The notes below the pieces were generated by a model. The model did not search any database. It saw only the letters and a list, made by a program, of their open reading frames with translations, and was not told where the DNA came from. DNA of 25,130 bases from an archaeon. GTDB taxonomy: Archaea; Undinarchaeota; CAZHTU01; JBDRCC01. The stretch covers positions 1 to 25,130 of the forward strand of contig JBDRCC010000008.1 of NCBI GenBank assembly GCA_043822065.1. The letters run 5' to 3'. Position 1 is the stretch's first letter, and each line of letters begins with the position of its first letter. Both the position numbers and the translations under genes were made by a program. Shown here piece after piece: positions 1 to 11,519 of this stretch.

Positions 1-454
1 GTTTCAAGTCTAAGCCCGATAGGATAAGCAGAGCGCCAAATAAAAGCCCCAAACGAAACATAAAAATCCCAGCAAGGACGAGTATAGCACCTACAAATAG
101 TGCAGTATCCGCCTCTTTATCTATTTTAGAGTAGGTCTCCGTTTTTTCTCTGCCAGATTGCATCCAGCTAAATGCGAGGATTACCCAAAGTACGGGACTG
201 ATAACTGCTAACATAAAGGCAATGTAATACAACCATATTTTTCTTCCAGTCAATATTTCACCAGAGATCGCACTCTTAGCAACATACGCAGAAAAGATTG
301 CATAGAGGATAAGATAATTTGTGTAAACTGGGGCTAATGATGCATAGTACGCAGCGAGGAGGCCTATGCTAAGAAGTATAACAGTTATAGAGTAGTAGCC
401 TACCGCTTTCCGCGTAGCATCCATTTTCAGAAATTTCCCGAACCCATCAAACAT
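1..454 (-). CDS. Hypothetical polytopic membrane protein, truncated by the window edge
   Basis: Translated by hand, not in the ORF track. ATG at 454 and open to the window start: MFDGFGKFLKMDATRKAVGYYSITVILLSIGLLAAYY..., with several hydrophobic helices. AT-rich. Confidence 0.7.
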   Translation of the reverse strand, partial: MFDGFGKFLKMDATRKAVGYYSITVILLSIGLLAAYYASLAPVYTNYLILYAIFSAYVAKSAISGEILTGRKIWLYYIAFMLAVISPVLWVILAFSWMQSGREKTETYSKIDKEADTALFVGAILVLAGIFMFRLGLLFGALLILSGLDLK

Positions 455-567
455 ACCTATAATATGGCTGTTCGTCTTTTTGTGCGTTTCTATATGACGG
501 GGGTTAGATGCGGGAGACGTGCCTCTTCTTGAGCTCTATGCCGCCCTCCGAGGTAAAAATAGTCCAT

Positions 568-1329
568 TTAATGTTTTGACCTTAGTTTACTCCATTCACT
601 ATAGATATGGTCATATTTCATTCTCATGTAAGTCCCATATAATTCTTTCGAAATTCCCAAATCGACTTTTTCAACTTCTTGCATCTTTGACTTCGCATCA
701 ACCAAACATTCTTTTATATAATCTAAATGTTGTTTCTTTGAATAGAACTTAGTCAAAAGCAATTGCATAGTCTGGTATGCTTCATATGCAAATGGAGGGA
801 TATCAAAATCTTCCGAAAGAGGGAGGTTTTGCTCTTCCGTTCTCCTTTGAGATTGTTTAATAAGCTTTTGGGGATTATAATGGAGGTAACCACTACGGAG
901 ATCAGATAACGACTGGAGTTTATCTTTCATAGGAATAATCCCTAATTTTTTAATGACTTTATAATCTTGTATTAATTGACCTAATGTAGTGTAAGAAGTT
1001 ATTCGAGTTCCGTAGTCTATAGGTACCCCTCTCAAATACTCGTATTTAATAACTAATTCGCAACAAGTCGCAGAGCAAGCTATGCTCGCAAGGTAGTATC
1101 CATTCTTATAACAAAGATACGCTTGCTCGGCGAATGGTTCTATTAGCTCTTGCAGACCATACCATTCTTTTTCATTAAGATACCAATCAGTTATGAGTAC
1201 GTGGGGTTCTGGGAATTGTATAAACTGAATATTTGGCTGCTTTATGGGTCTTGGATAAAAATGGCCATCGGCGTCCTCAATAAAAACTGAGGTTCTGCCC
1301 CGGTAGGCATCATTTATCCTGTCTGTCAT
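568..1329 (-). CDS. HEPN-superfamily (DUF4145-like) protein, putative RNase
   Basis: 253 aa. EQAYLCYKNGYYLASIACSATCCE, TLGQLI and LRSGYLH (Rx4H) match the DUF4145/HEPN pattern. GAGG SD-like sequence upstream. Confidence 0.65.
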   Translation of the reverse strand: MTDRINDAYRGRTSVFIEDADGHFYPRPIKQPNIQFIQFPEPHVLITDWYLNEKEWYGLQELIEPFAEQAYLCYKNGYYLASIACSATCCELVIKYEYLRGVPIDYGTRITSYTTLGQLIQDYKVIKKLGIIPMKDKLQSLSDLRSGYLHYNPQKLIKQSQRRTEEQNLPLSEDFDIPPFAYEAYQTMQLLLTKFYSKKQHLDYIKECLVDAKSKMQEVEKVDLGISKELYGTYMRMKYDHIYSEWSKLRSKH

Positions 1330-1369
1330 CGTATTTTCCTCTTAATACCTCTCTTCACCTCTATTCTAT

Positions 1370-1380
1370 AAAAAAATAAG
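1370..1380 (-). terminator. Oligo-T tract, probable rRNA operon terminator
   Basis: CTTATTTTTTT on the minus strand immediately after the 3' arm of the 23S processing stem. Could also serve as the TATA box (TTTTATAG) of the downstream gene. Confidence 0.5.
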
Positions 1381-1446
1381 TCATAAGCCATCCTGCTTTG
1401 CCATATTCCCCAAGCGCGCATGTTTCTGGGCGTGGCTGAAAACTGT
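1381..1446 (-). other. 3' arm of the 23S pre-rRNA processing stem with BHB
   Basis: Transcript GGAAUA-UGGC-AAA-GCAGGAUGG pairs with CCAUCCUGC-GCCA-CAA-UAUUCC from 4389-4484, giving a canonical 3-4-3 BHB. Confidence 0.9.
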
Positions 1447-1449
1447 AAC

Positions 1450-4388
<2,939 letters not shown>

Positions 4389-4484
4389 AACATTTTCAGC
4401 CTAACGCTAGAACAAAGTCCTAACGTTTTGCCCTCAAAACGATTGCGCGTCTTGAGGAATATTGTGGCGCAGGATGGCCTATGA
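4389..4484 (-). other. 5' arm of the 23S processing stem with BHB
   Basis: Long imperfect inverted repeat of 1381-1446. Bulge at 4462-4464 and central helix at 4465-4468. Confidence 0.9.
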
Positions 4485-4615
4485 TGGATCATTAACCCCT
4501 CATCGCGCCGCCGACTGGAGGCGCTGGGTTTTACCCAGGCAGACGAATCTGCCCTTCACACCAAGCGGGGTTTCCGCCCGTGCTGTTTCATCGAAACGAT
4601 GAATGTGATGCGCAG

Positions 4616-4879
4616 TTACAGGAACTGCTCGTTTTCCTTTGACGTCATTTTGCCGACTGCCTCTGAGACTGAAAGGGTGTTGTCCTCTACGGTCTGCCCG
4701 CAGTCGTTGCACACTTTCTTGTGCGTGCTTTCGACGTCCGATGTGCAGTTTTTGCAGACCCGCTTCCCGAAGAGGAATATTGCCCTCTTCGTCTGGCTTG
4801 CGGGAATTGTGCCGCACTTTGCGCAGTAAAACTGCTCCTCCACTGCGTTTTTGTCACAGTACGGGCAGTTTTCCGCCAT
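4616..4879 (-). CDS. Double zinc-ribbon protein encoded inside the 16S-23S spacer
   Basis: 87 aa with four CxxC pairs (CPYC, CAKC, CKNC, CNDC). ATG start preceded by AAAGGA, same strand as the rRNAs. Confidence 0.75.
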   Translation of the reverse strand: MAENCPYCDKNAVEEQFYCAKCGTIPASQTKRAIFLFGKRVCKNCTSDVESTHKKVCNDCGQTVEDNTLSVSEAVGKMTSKENEQFL

Positions 4880-4892
4880 TTTTTTCCTTTCA

Positions 4893-4918
4893 GTTTTTTT
4901 GTATCAGCTTAAGCTGAC
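4893..4918 (-). repeat. Truncated copy of the tRNA-associated hairpin repeat
   Basis: GTCAGCTTAAGCTGATACAAAAAAAC shares TCAGCTT..AAGCTGATRCAAA with the insert at 18365-18425 but lacks the central loop. Starts 2 nt after tRNA-Ala. Confidence 0.5.
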
Positions 4919-4919
4919 A

Positions 4920-5020
4920 TGGACCCGCCGAGATTTGAACTCGGGGCCTCTACCAGTCAGGAGCCCGATTTTACCCGGGCTGTGCCAGGGTAGCGCTCTA
5001 CCAGACTGAGCTACGGGCCC
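4920..5020 (-). tRNA. tRNA-Ala(GGC) with a 27-nt intron at 37/38 (4956-4982)
   Basis: Cloverleaf with acceptor GGGCCCG/CGGGTCC (G3:U70), loop CT-GGC-A[intron]T and T-loop TTCAAAT. The intron forms a BHB-like junction with one U-U mismatch. CCA is not encoded. Confidence 0.95.
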
Positions 5021-5037
5021 ATGATTGATGCTGGTTT

Positions 5038-5074
5038 GGTGTCCGATTTGACGCTTCGAGCAACCCTCTCAATT
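5038..5074 (-). other. 3' arm of the 16S processing stem
   Basis: GUUGCUCGAAG-CGUC-AAA-UCGGACACC pairs with GGUGUCCGA-A-GACG-AAA-CUUCGAGCAAC from 6614-6651. Confidence 0.85.
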
Positions 5075-5106
5075 AAAGTGCGGGTCGGAAGCCGACCCGC
5101 AATACT

Positions 5107-6580
<1,474 letters not shown>

Positions 6581-6613
6581 TGGTCGCTATCTTGCTAAAC
6601 TTTACTTAAATTG

Positions 6614-6651
6614 AATTGAGCGAGTTGCTCGAAGTTTCGTCTTCGGACACC
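6614..6651 (-). other. 5' arm of the 16S processing stem (relaxed BHB/BHL)
   Basis: Inverted repeat of 5038-5074: a 4-bp central helix, one 3-nt bulge and one 3x1 internal loop. Confidence 0.85.
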
Positions 6652-6874
6652 TACCTCACCAGCTGGCAGCTGCCAACCGGCTCATCTTTTGTACACAGAG
6701 CGAAAGGTGCCTCTCATGCTAGCGTCAAATGTATCGACGCAGTCAAAGCCATCGCCGGCTCTGTGCGTGAACTTATAACGAGTGCGCATCCCCTATAGCA
6801 TCGAAGGGAATACTTAACGACCTCCGGAGTTTAAGCGGAAGTCTCCTCTGTGTTCACCAACCCGTTATTAGTCA

Positions 6875-6895
6875 GAAAAGGTTTATAAAGGTTCT
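6875..6895. promoter_or_regulatory. Palindromic TATA box with BRE-like flanks, probably serving both the rRNA operon (-) and the 6912 gene (+)
   Basis: GAAAAGG-TTTATAAA-GGTTC. The ATG at 6912 lies about 23 nt downstream, consistent with a leaderless mRNA. Confidence 0.6.
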
Positions 6896-6911
6896 GTATA
6901 TATCCTGCGTC

Positions 6912-7502
6912 ATGGAAAAATACAGGCACAAAAAGCCCAACAGGCTGGTCGAATTAATCCCCGACAGCACGGCGTTCTACCTCATAATTGCCATCGTCGC
7001 CGTCCTCTCCCTGACCACGATTTTGTCCTTCGCAATCGAGTTCATCCAGCCAATCGTCAGGAAGGTTTCAGTCCTTGCCATGCTCATGGCATTTACCGCA
7101 CTCCTCAGGTACCCTGAAAGGTACAAGGCGCCGTTCTCATTCAACGTCGCCATGGCTTTTACAATTCTCGTCACAATCTCCGACGGCATAATCGCAGGCA
7201 TGATATTCGGCACCATACTCTCGTTTGTCGAGTGCAGGACCACCCTTCACTACAACAGCCTGCCGATAACAATGTTCGAGCGCTGGCTCTGCGCGGTTCT
7301 GGCTGCGGTTTTCTACGCAGGAGGGGGCGTCGTCTTTTACCCGGTCATTTTCATCGCGCTGACCCACCTGGTTTCAATCCCAATCCGGATGACGATTGGC
7401 GACGCGCCGATTCCGCTCATGCTGGTCTATGCCGCGTTCAACACCCTTTGGCAGGGGTGGTTCCTTTCCGTTTTAGGCTCGACGTTCCTTGCGCTCATCT
7501 AA
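6912..7502 (+). CDS. Membrane protein, ECF S-component-like
   Basis: 196 aa with about 6 TM helices. AFTILVTISDGIIAGMIFG resembles the S-component GxxxGxxxG segment and resembles 9436-10209. Confidence 0.6.
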   Translation: MEKYRHKKPNRLVELIPDSTAFYLIIAIVAVLSLTTILSFAIEFIQPIVRKVSVLAMLMAFTALLRYPERYKAPFSFNVAMAFTILVTISDGIIAGMIFGTILSFVECRTTLHYNSLPITMFERWLCAVLAAVFYAGGGVVFYPVIFIALTHLVSIPIRMTIGDAPIPLMLVYAAFNTLWQGWFLSVLGSTFLALI

Positions 7503-7539
7503 ACCAACAGTTAAATACTTCTTCTGATTTACATTCTTC

Positions 7540-8310
7540 GTGGTGCAAGTGACGGAATTCGATAAAATATTCGTTTCGGCGCTCTTGCTGGTCCTTGCAG
7601 CAATAGTCGCGTACTCTGGCGTCATTCCCGGGTCTAACGCGCATACTGTGATTACCAACGCCTTTTCTATTCTCTTTCCAATGCTCGCGCTTGCGGCATC
7701 CCTCCTGCTGCTCAGAACTGTCGGCGGCAAGGAGCGCTTTGTATGGGGCTGTTTTGCGCTTGGCATACTCCTGAACCTGTTCGGCGAGCTCTCGTGGGCA
7801 GTCTACGAGCTTCTCCTTGGCGTTGAGGTCCCGTATCCCTCCTTCGCGGACGTCTTCTGGCTCGCGGCGTATATCCCATTGGCTGTTGGTCTGCTGGCAG
7901 AAATAAAATCCATCCGTTCACTCAGCGTCAGGCGGGTGCCGCACGTCCTTGCAGTCGGAGCTGTCTCCTATGTGGCGCTCTACTACTTCCTCGGGCGAGA
8001 CATACTGGCGTCGGCGAACATTTCGCTTGCCGAGAAATTCCTTGACCTTGCCTACCCTGCAGTGGACATAGCCGTAATGATGCTCGCTATAATGGTCGCC
8101 ATCACGTACTTTGGCGGGAAAATCGCCCAGTCCTGGCTGTTCATCTCCATGGGCTTTTTCTTCCTCACCCTTGCTGACATAATGTTCAGCTACCTGACGT
8201 GGCACGAATTATTCGCCCAGAGCACTGGTATGGATATCCTCTGGCACATCGCCTACCTGCTCTTCGCGATTGGCTTTTATCGCCAGTACCTCCTCTTCCG
8301 GGAAACCTGA
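7540..8310 (+). CDS. Stand-alone multi-TM sensor-like domain protein
   Basis: 256 aa. W..FALG..L..FGE..W and PYPSFADVFWLAAY are typical of N-terminal membrane domains of His kinases and GGDEF proteins. Internal two-fold repeat, no output domain. Confidence 0.7.
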   Translation: MVQVTEFDKIFVSALLLVLAAIVAYSGVIPGSNAHTVITNAFSILFPMLALAASLLLLRTVGGKERFVWGCFALGILLNLFGELSWAVYELLLGVEVPYPSFADVFWLAAYIPLAVGLLAEIKSIRSLSVRRVPHVLAVGAVSYVALYYFLGRDILASANISLAEKFLDLAYPAVDIAVMMLAIMVAITYFGGKIAQSWLFISMGFFFLTLADIMFSYLTWHELFAQSTGMDILWHIAYLLFAIGFYRQYLLFRET

Positions 8311-8311
8311 C

Positions 8312-8596
8312 ATGGCAACCTACGCAGAGCTGATGACAGCGGTTATCCAGAAGCACATCCAAATCATGGGCGCCAAGCCCGCAGTCGCAATCGCACGGCG
8401 CGTCCAGGAAATCCGGGTCTCCGACGACGGGAAAGTCACGCGCGGTGCCAGCAAGGACACGTTCGAGCTGCTTCTTAACGCATACAAGGATATATCCGGG
8501 CCGATATCCCTTTTCTTCGCAAAACAGGCGGTGACGCCCATCCTCGATGGGGATGAAGACCTGCCGCAAGAGTTAAAGTCGACACCACTGCTGTAG
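8312..8596 (+). CDS. Small soluble hypothetical protein, likely partner of the upstream membrane sensor
   Basis: 94 aa from ATG 8312, 1 nt after the upstream TGA: MATYAELMTAVIQKHIQIMGAKPAVAIARRV...LLNAYKDISG. Confidence 0.7.
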   Translation: MATYAELMTAVIQKHIQIMGAKPAVAIARRVQEIRVSDDGKVTRGASKDTFELLLNAYKDISGPISLFFAKQAVTPILDGDEDLPQELKSTPLL

Positions 8597-8600
8597 CAGT

Positions 8601-9329
8601 CTATCGCTCGTCGGAACTGGCGTTAAGCTTTCCCATTACTTCGGCAATCATCGGCATTATTTTTGCCTCCGCCTTCCTCAGGTGCTCTCTTGCCGTCGAC
8701 TCCCTAAGGTCAAGCGCATGTGCTATCTCCTTAAGGTTTATCTTTCTCGGCCATCCATAATACCCTTTTTTGTATGCGAAATTGAATACTTCCAGCTGTT
8801 TCGGGCTGAGGTTGTTCCTAAGGAGTTCCGTGTTCTTCAGGGATATAAGCTTCAGCATGCTGTCGAGCCCGGACGTTTCAGTCCGGCTGTTCTTGAACCT
8901 TAGGAGTCTGGCGTCCCCCATCTCCTTTACTAGATTATACATGTCGTGAATCTGCTCTCTGCTGTCCGCAATTAGCGTCCCAACTTCCCAGCCGTCCTTC
9001 TCCGCAGCGGATTCGAGCATGACACAACCTGACGAGTAAACCGCCCTCGCTGCGCTTTCCTCATAGGGGGTCTCGCTGACGAGCCGGAGGCCGCATTTGC
9101 TTCGCTCCACTACCCTCACGTTTGTCGTAAGCTCGTGCATTCTGAACTTTTCCAGGGCGGCGTCAAGATCCCGCTCAGAGCCAATAATGACTTCCTCTCG
9201 CCTTACGATTCCCTCTGCGATGTCTATGAATAACGGGCGGACGTACCAGTCAATGTCCGGGAACCCCTCAGCAGTCTCGATATCACTGCAATGGTGCCTC
9301 CATTTTATGTCAGCAATATATGTCTTCAT
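8601..9329 (-). CDS. Bacterio-opsin-activator-type (HTH_10) transcriptional regulator
   Basis: C-terminal LSPKQLEVFNFAYKKGYYGWPRKINLKEIAHALDLRESTAREHLRKAE is the HTH_10 signature. N-terminal putative ligand-binding domain. Confidence 0.9.
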   Translation of the reverse strand: MKTYIADIKWRHHCSDIETAEGFPDIDWYVRPLFIDIAEGIVRREEVIIGSERDLDAALEKFRMHELTTNVRVVERSKCGLRLVSETPYEESAARAVYSSGCVMLESAAEKDGWEVGTLIADSREQIHDMYNLVKEMGDARLLRFKNSRTETSGLDSMLKLISLKNTELLRNNLSPKQLEVFNFAYKKGYYGWPRKINLKEIAHALDLRESTAREHLRKAEAKIMPMIAEVMGKLNASSDER

Positions 9330-9363
9330 AAGCCAATCAACAATATTTGGGTAACTTTTGGAT

Positions 9364-9424
9364 TATTTAAACCTTTTGCAAAACCCGCGATAGCGCGGTA
9401 TAACGTGGATATATTAAAATATCC
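9364..9424. promoter_or_regulatory. Divergent promoter region with candidate operator palindromes
   Basis: Minus-strand AAAAGG-TTTAAATA at 9364-9377, CCGCG-ATAG-CGCGG at 9385-9398, and GGATAT-ATTAAA-ATATCC at 9407-9424 overlapping the plus-strand TATA-like box. Confidence 0.55.
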
Positions 9425-9435
9425 AAACTTATGGC

Positions 9436-10209
9436 ATGGTAAAAATAGCTAACCTTTTTCCGCCGGTAATCAAGTGGGACCTGCTCTTTTGGATGAGCGT
9501 CTCAGTATTTGCGCTGATATTCATAACCCTGCCATTCAACCCTTTTGTCTCTACACTCTTCTCATTTCTCCTGCTCTGCATGTGGTCACGGATCCCTTGC
9601 CACATAGGCTACTATACCAAGGACATGGAGATCATCGACTTCTTTGCGGTAGTCATTGGAGTCAATATCGGGTTCATCTGGGGCGGTCTTTGGGGCTTTG
9701 CAGTAATGTGGCTTACAGCAGTCTACGGCAAGTGCGAGGCGCCACTCCACACCCTCGCATCCTCAATGGGCATGTTCGCGGGCGGGATTGTGGCACCGTT
9801 CGCATATGTGTACTTCGGAAACAATCTCCTGCTTGCGATGTACTCCTTCACAGTCGCCCGCTATATCGTAGGATACGCTACAGTATTCACAATCGGCCAA
9901 GCAATCGCGTTCGAGGAGCTAAAGGCGCTCGTACCCTGCCTCGTGATAGCATACGCCACAAACACCTTCTATGTTCTCCTGTTCGGCGACTACTTCACAG
10001 AGAAGCTCCTCCTAACAGGAATACACATCGACTGGGCTCTTGTGCTTTTCATGGGGTGCATCCTGGCAGTACTAGCCTTCATAAAATTCCGGCCAGCGGC
10101 TCCCGTCCAGAAAGACCAAATGCACAAGATGGACTACTCAAAACTTAAGGAAGCGCGGCCGTCCTGGAAGGATTACGCCCCTGCAGAAGGTTCCAATTGC
10201 CTCGTTTAA
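9436..10209 (+). CDS. Membrane protein, ECF S-component-like
   Basis: 257 aa with about 7 TM helices. MEIIDFFAVVIGVNIGFIWGGLWG motif. Confidence 0.6.
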   Translation: MVKIANLFPPVIKWDLLFWMSVSVFALIFITLPFNPFVSTLFSFLLLCMWSRIPCHIGYYTKDMEIIDFFAVVIGVNIGFIWGGLWGFAVMWLTAVYGKCEAPLHTLASSMGMFAGGIVAPFAYVYFGNNLLLAMYSFTVARYIVGYATVFTIGQAIAFEELKALVPCLVIAYATNTFYVLLFGDYFTEKLLLTGIHIDWALVLFMGCILAVLAFIKFRPAAPVQKDQMHKMDYSKLKEARPSWKDYAPAEGSNCLV

Positions 10210-10427
10210 TTCCACGCGTGCTTAGGGTTTTTCGGCACTACAAGCCAGCAGACAAGGTAAAGCAGCAGCCCTATCCCCCCAACGAGTATGGCAACTGCCC
10301 ACGCTATGCGTATCAGCGTCGGGTCCATCTCCAGGTACTCGCCAAGCCCTCCGCATACGCCGGCTACAAGCTTGTCCTCGCCGGAGCGGTAGAGGCGCTT
10401 TATTTGCTTTCGGTTCTTCGCAGCCAT
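10206..10427 (-). CDS. pspC: PspC domain protein
   Basis: KRLYRSGEDKLVAGVCGGLGEYLEMDPTLIRI...YLVCWLVVP is the PspC signature. Start placed at ATG 10427, 1 nt after the upstream stop. Confidence 0.9.
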   Translation of the reverse strand: MAAKNRKQIKRLYRSGEDKLVAGVCGGLGEYLEMDPTLIRIAWAVAILVGGIGLLLYLVCWLVVPKNPKHAWN

Positions 10428-10428
10428 C

Positions 10429-11442
10429 TCACAGCTCCTGTCTTGATCTATACGCACAATGTCCATCAGATGTGCCTATATTGTGCATCGGGAACTTCTC
10501 TAAAATCTTATCTCGCAGGTTTTTAATACTATCCGCTCTAACGTTGCCTATTACTTGTTCATTGCCTGGGCAGGGGCTCACTCGCCCATCACCGTATATT
10601 TGCATAAACTCCACACAAGGCATAGTTATAAAATTATTATATGTGGGGTGGTCATAGCCATACTCCTTTGCGTCAATTCTCCTCACTAACTCCCGCAAGG
10701 CTTTTTTGTTTTCTTCCGAAACTAATAGACCCCTATCAAAGTTATCGCGCCCGCTTCTCCCCGACGGCAAAAAGAATGCGAAAATAATCCATATGTTGTT
10801 ATTTCGACAGAAACGAAGGGTTCGTTCAACTTCCCCCTTATTTTTATTATTGACAATCATATCAAAGCCAAGGCGCGTGGTGCCATCCCGTTCAACCTTA
10901 TTAAAACCCTCCGAAATTAGGAGCTCCATGGCTTCCTTTCGCAGATTAAAATACGTCCGCGAGCCATCGTTCACGACGTCGTTCTGGTAGTCAGCATTCC
11001 AAAGACTATCACACTTCAGTACAATGCTAGCTCCCGTGCCATTAATTCGCCTCACAAAATTCACATCTCGCAGCATCGTTGCCCCATCAGTATACACTAC
11101 TGGTTGTATGCCCTTGGAAACACTATATTCAATTATCTCAAAAAAATCTTTATCTAGTGTTGGTTCCCCCTCTCCCAAGAAATCAATACTCTTTGTTTTT
11201 AAGAGTGAAAGCTGGTCTATTACCGATTTTATCTCTTCCAAACTAAGGGTTTTCTTGTTCTTATCCGTAAAACAATGCGCACAATCGTGCGGGCATTTTT
11301 CAGTCATAGCTCTAAAGTCTACTACCGGGAGAGAATCTTCGTCTCGGAATTCTTTCTCCGCTATGTTCCAGCCCTTAATCACTGCACCTATCCCAACTGG
11401 CACGCGCCCCAGGCCGAAATATCGTTCTCGCGATAATTGCAT
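10429..11442 (-). CDS. Radical SAM protein with a C-terminal Twitch/SPASM-like domain
   Basis: CPHDCAHC (CxxxCxxC), GEGEPTL, and PCVEF..IYGDGRVSPCPG..IGNV..HC. Start re-placed at ATG 11442 because BRE/TATA GAAAGGTATAAT lies at about 11467-11478. Confidence 0.9.
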   Translation of the reverse strand: MQLSRERYFGLGRVPVGIGAVIKGWNIAEKEFRDEDSLPVVDFRAMTEKCPHDCAHCFTDKNKKTLSLEEIKSVIDQLSLLKTKSIDFLGEGEPTLDKDFFEIIEYSVSKGIQPVVYTDGATMLRDVNFVRRINGTGASIVLKCDSLWNADYQNDVVNDGSRTYFNLRKEAMELLISEGFNKVERDGTTRLGFDMIVNNKNKGEVERTLRFCRNNNIWIIFAFFLPSGRSGRDNFDRGLLVSEENKKALRELVRRIDAKEYGYDHPTYNNFITMPCVEFMQIYGDGRVSPCPGNEQVIGNVRADSIKNLRDKILEKFPMHNIGTSDGHCAYRSRQEL

Positions 11443-11519
11443 ACATACTCTACAAACTAATTCTTTATTATACCTTTCGCCCACAAAAGGCGTAAATACT
11501 AGCGCGCATTATCATATCC

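Noticed and set aside
490-567. 25-codon ORF (MDYFYLGG...) abutting the stop of the HEPN-like gene
   Set aside because: Too short, and the TAAATG junction is the only support.
1330-1449. 5S rRNA after 23S
   Set aside because: The interval is fully explained by the processing stem, the T-tract and the next gene's leader. 5S must be unlinked, which is common in archaea.
4500-4917. Alternative overlapping ORFs in the rRNA spacer
   Set aside because: No recognisable motifs or SD. They are shadows of the four-CxxC ORF.
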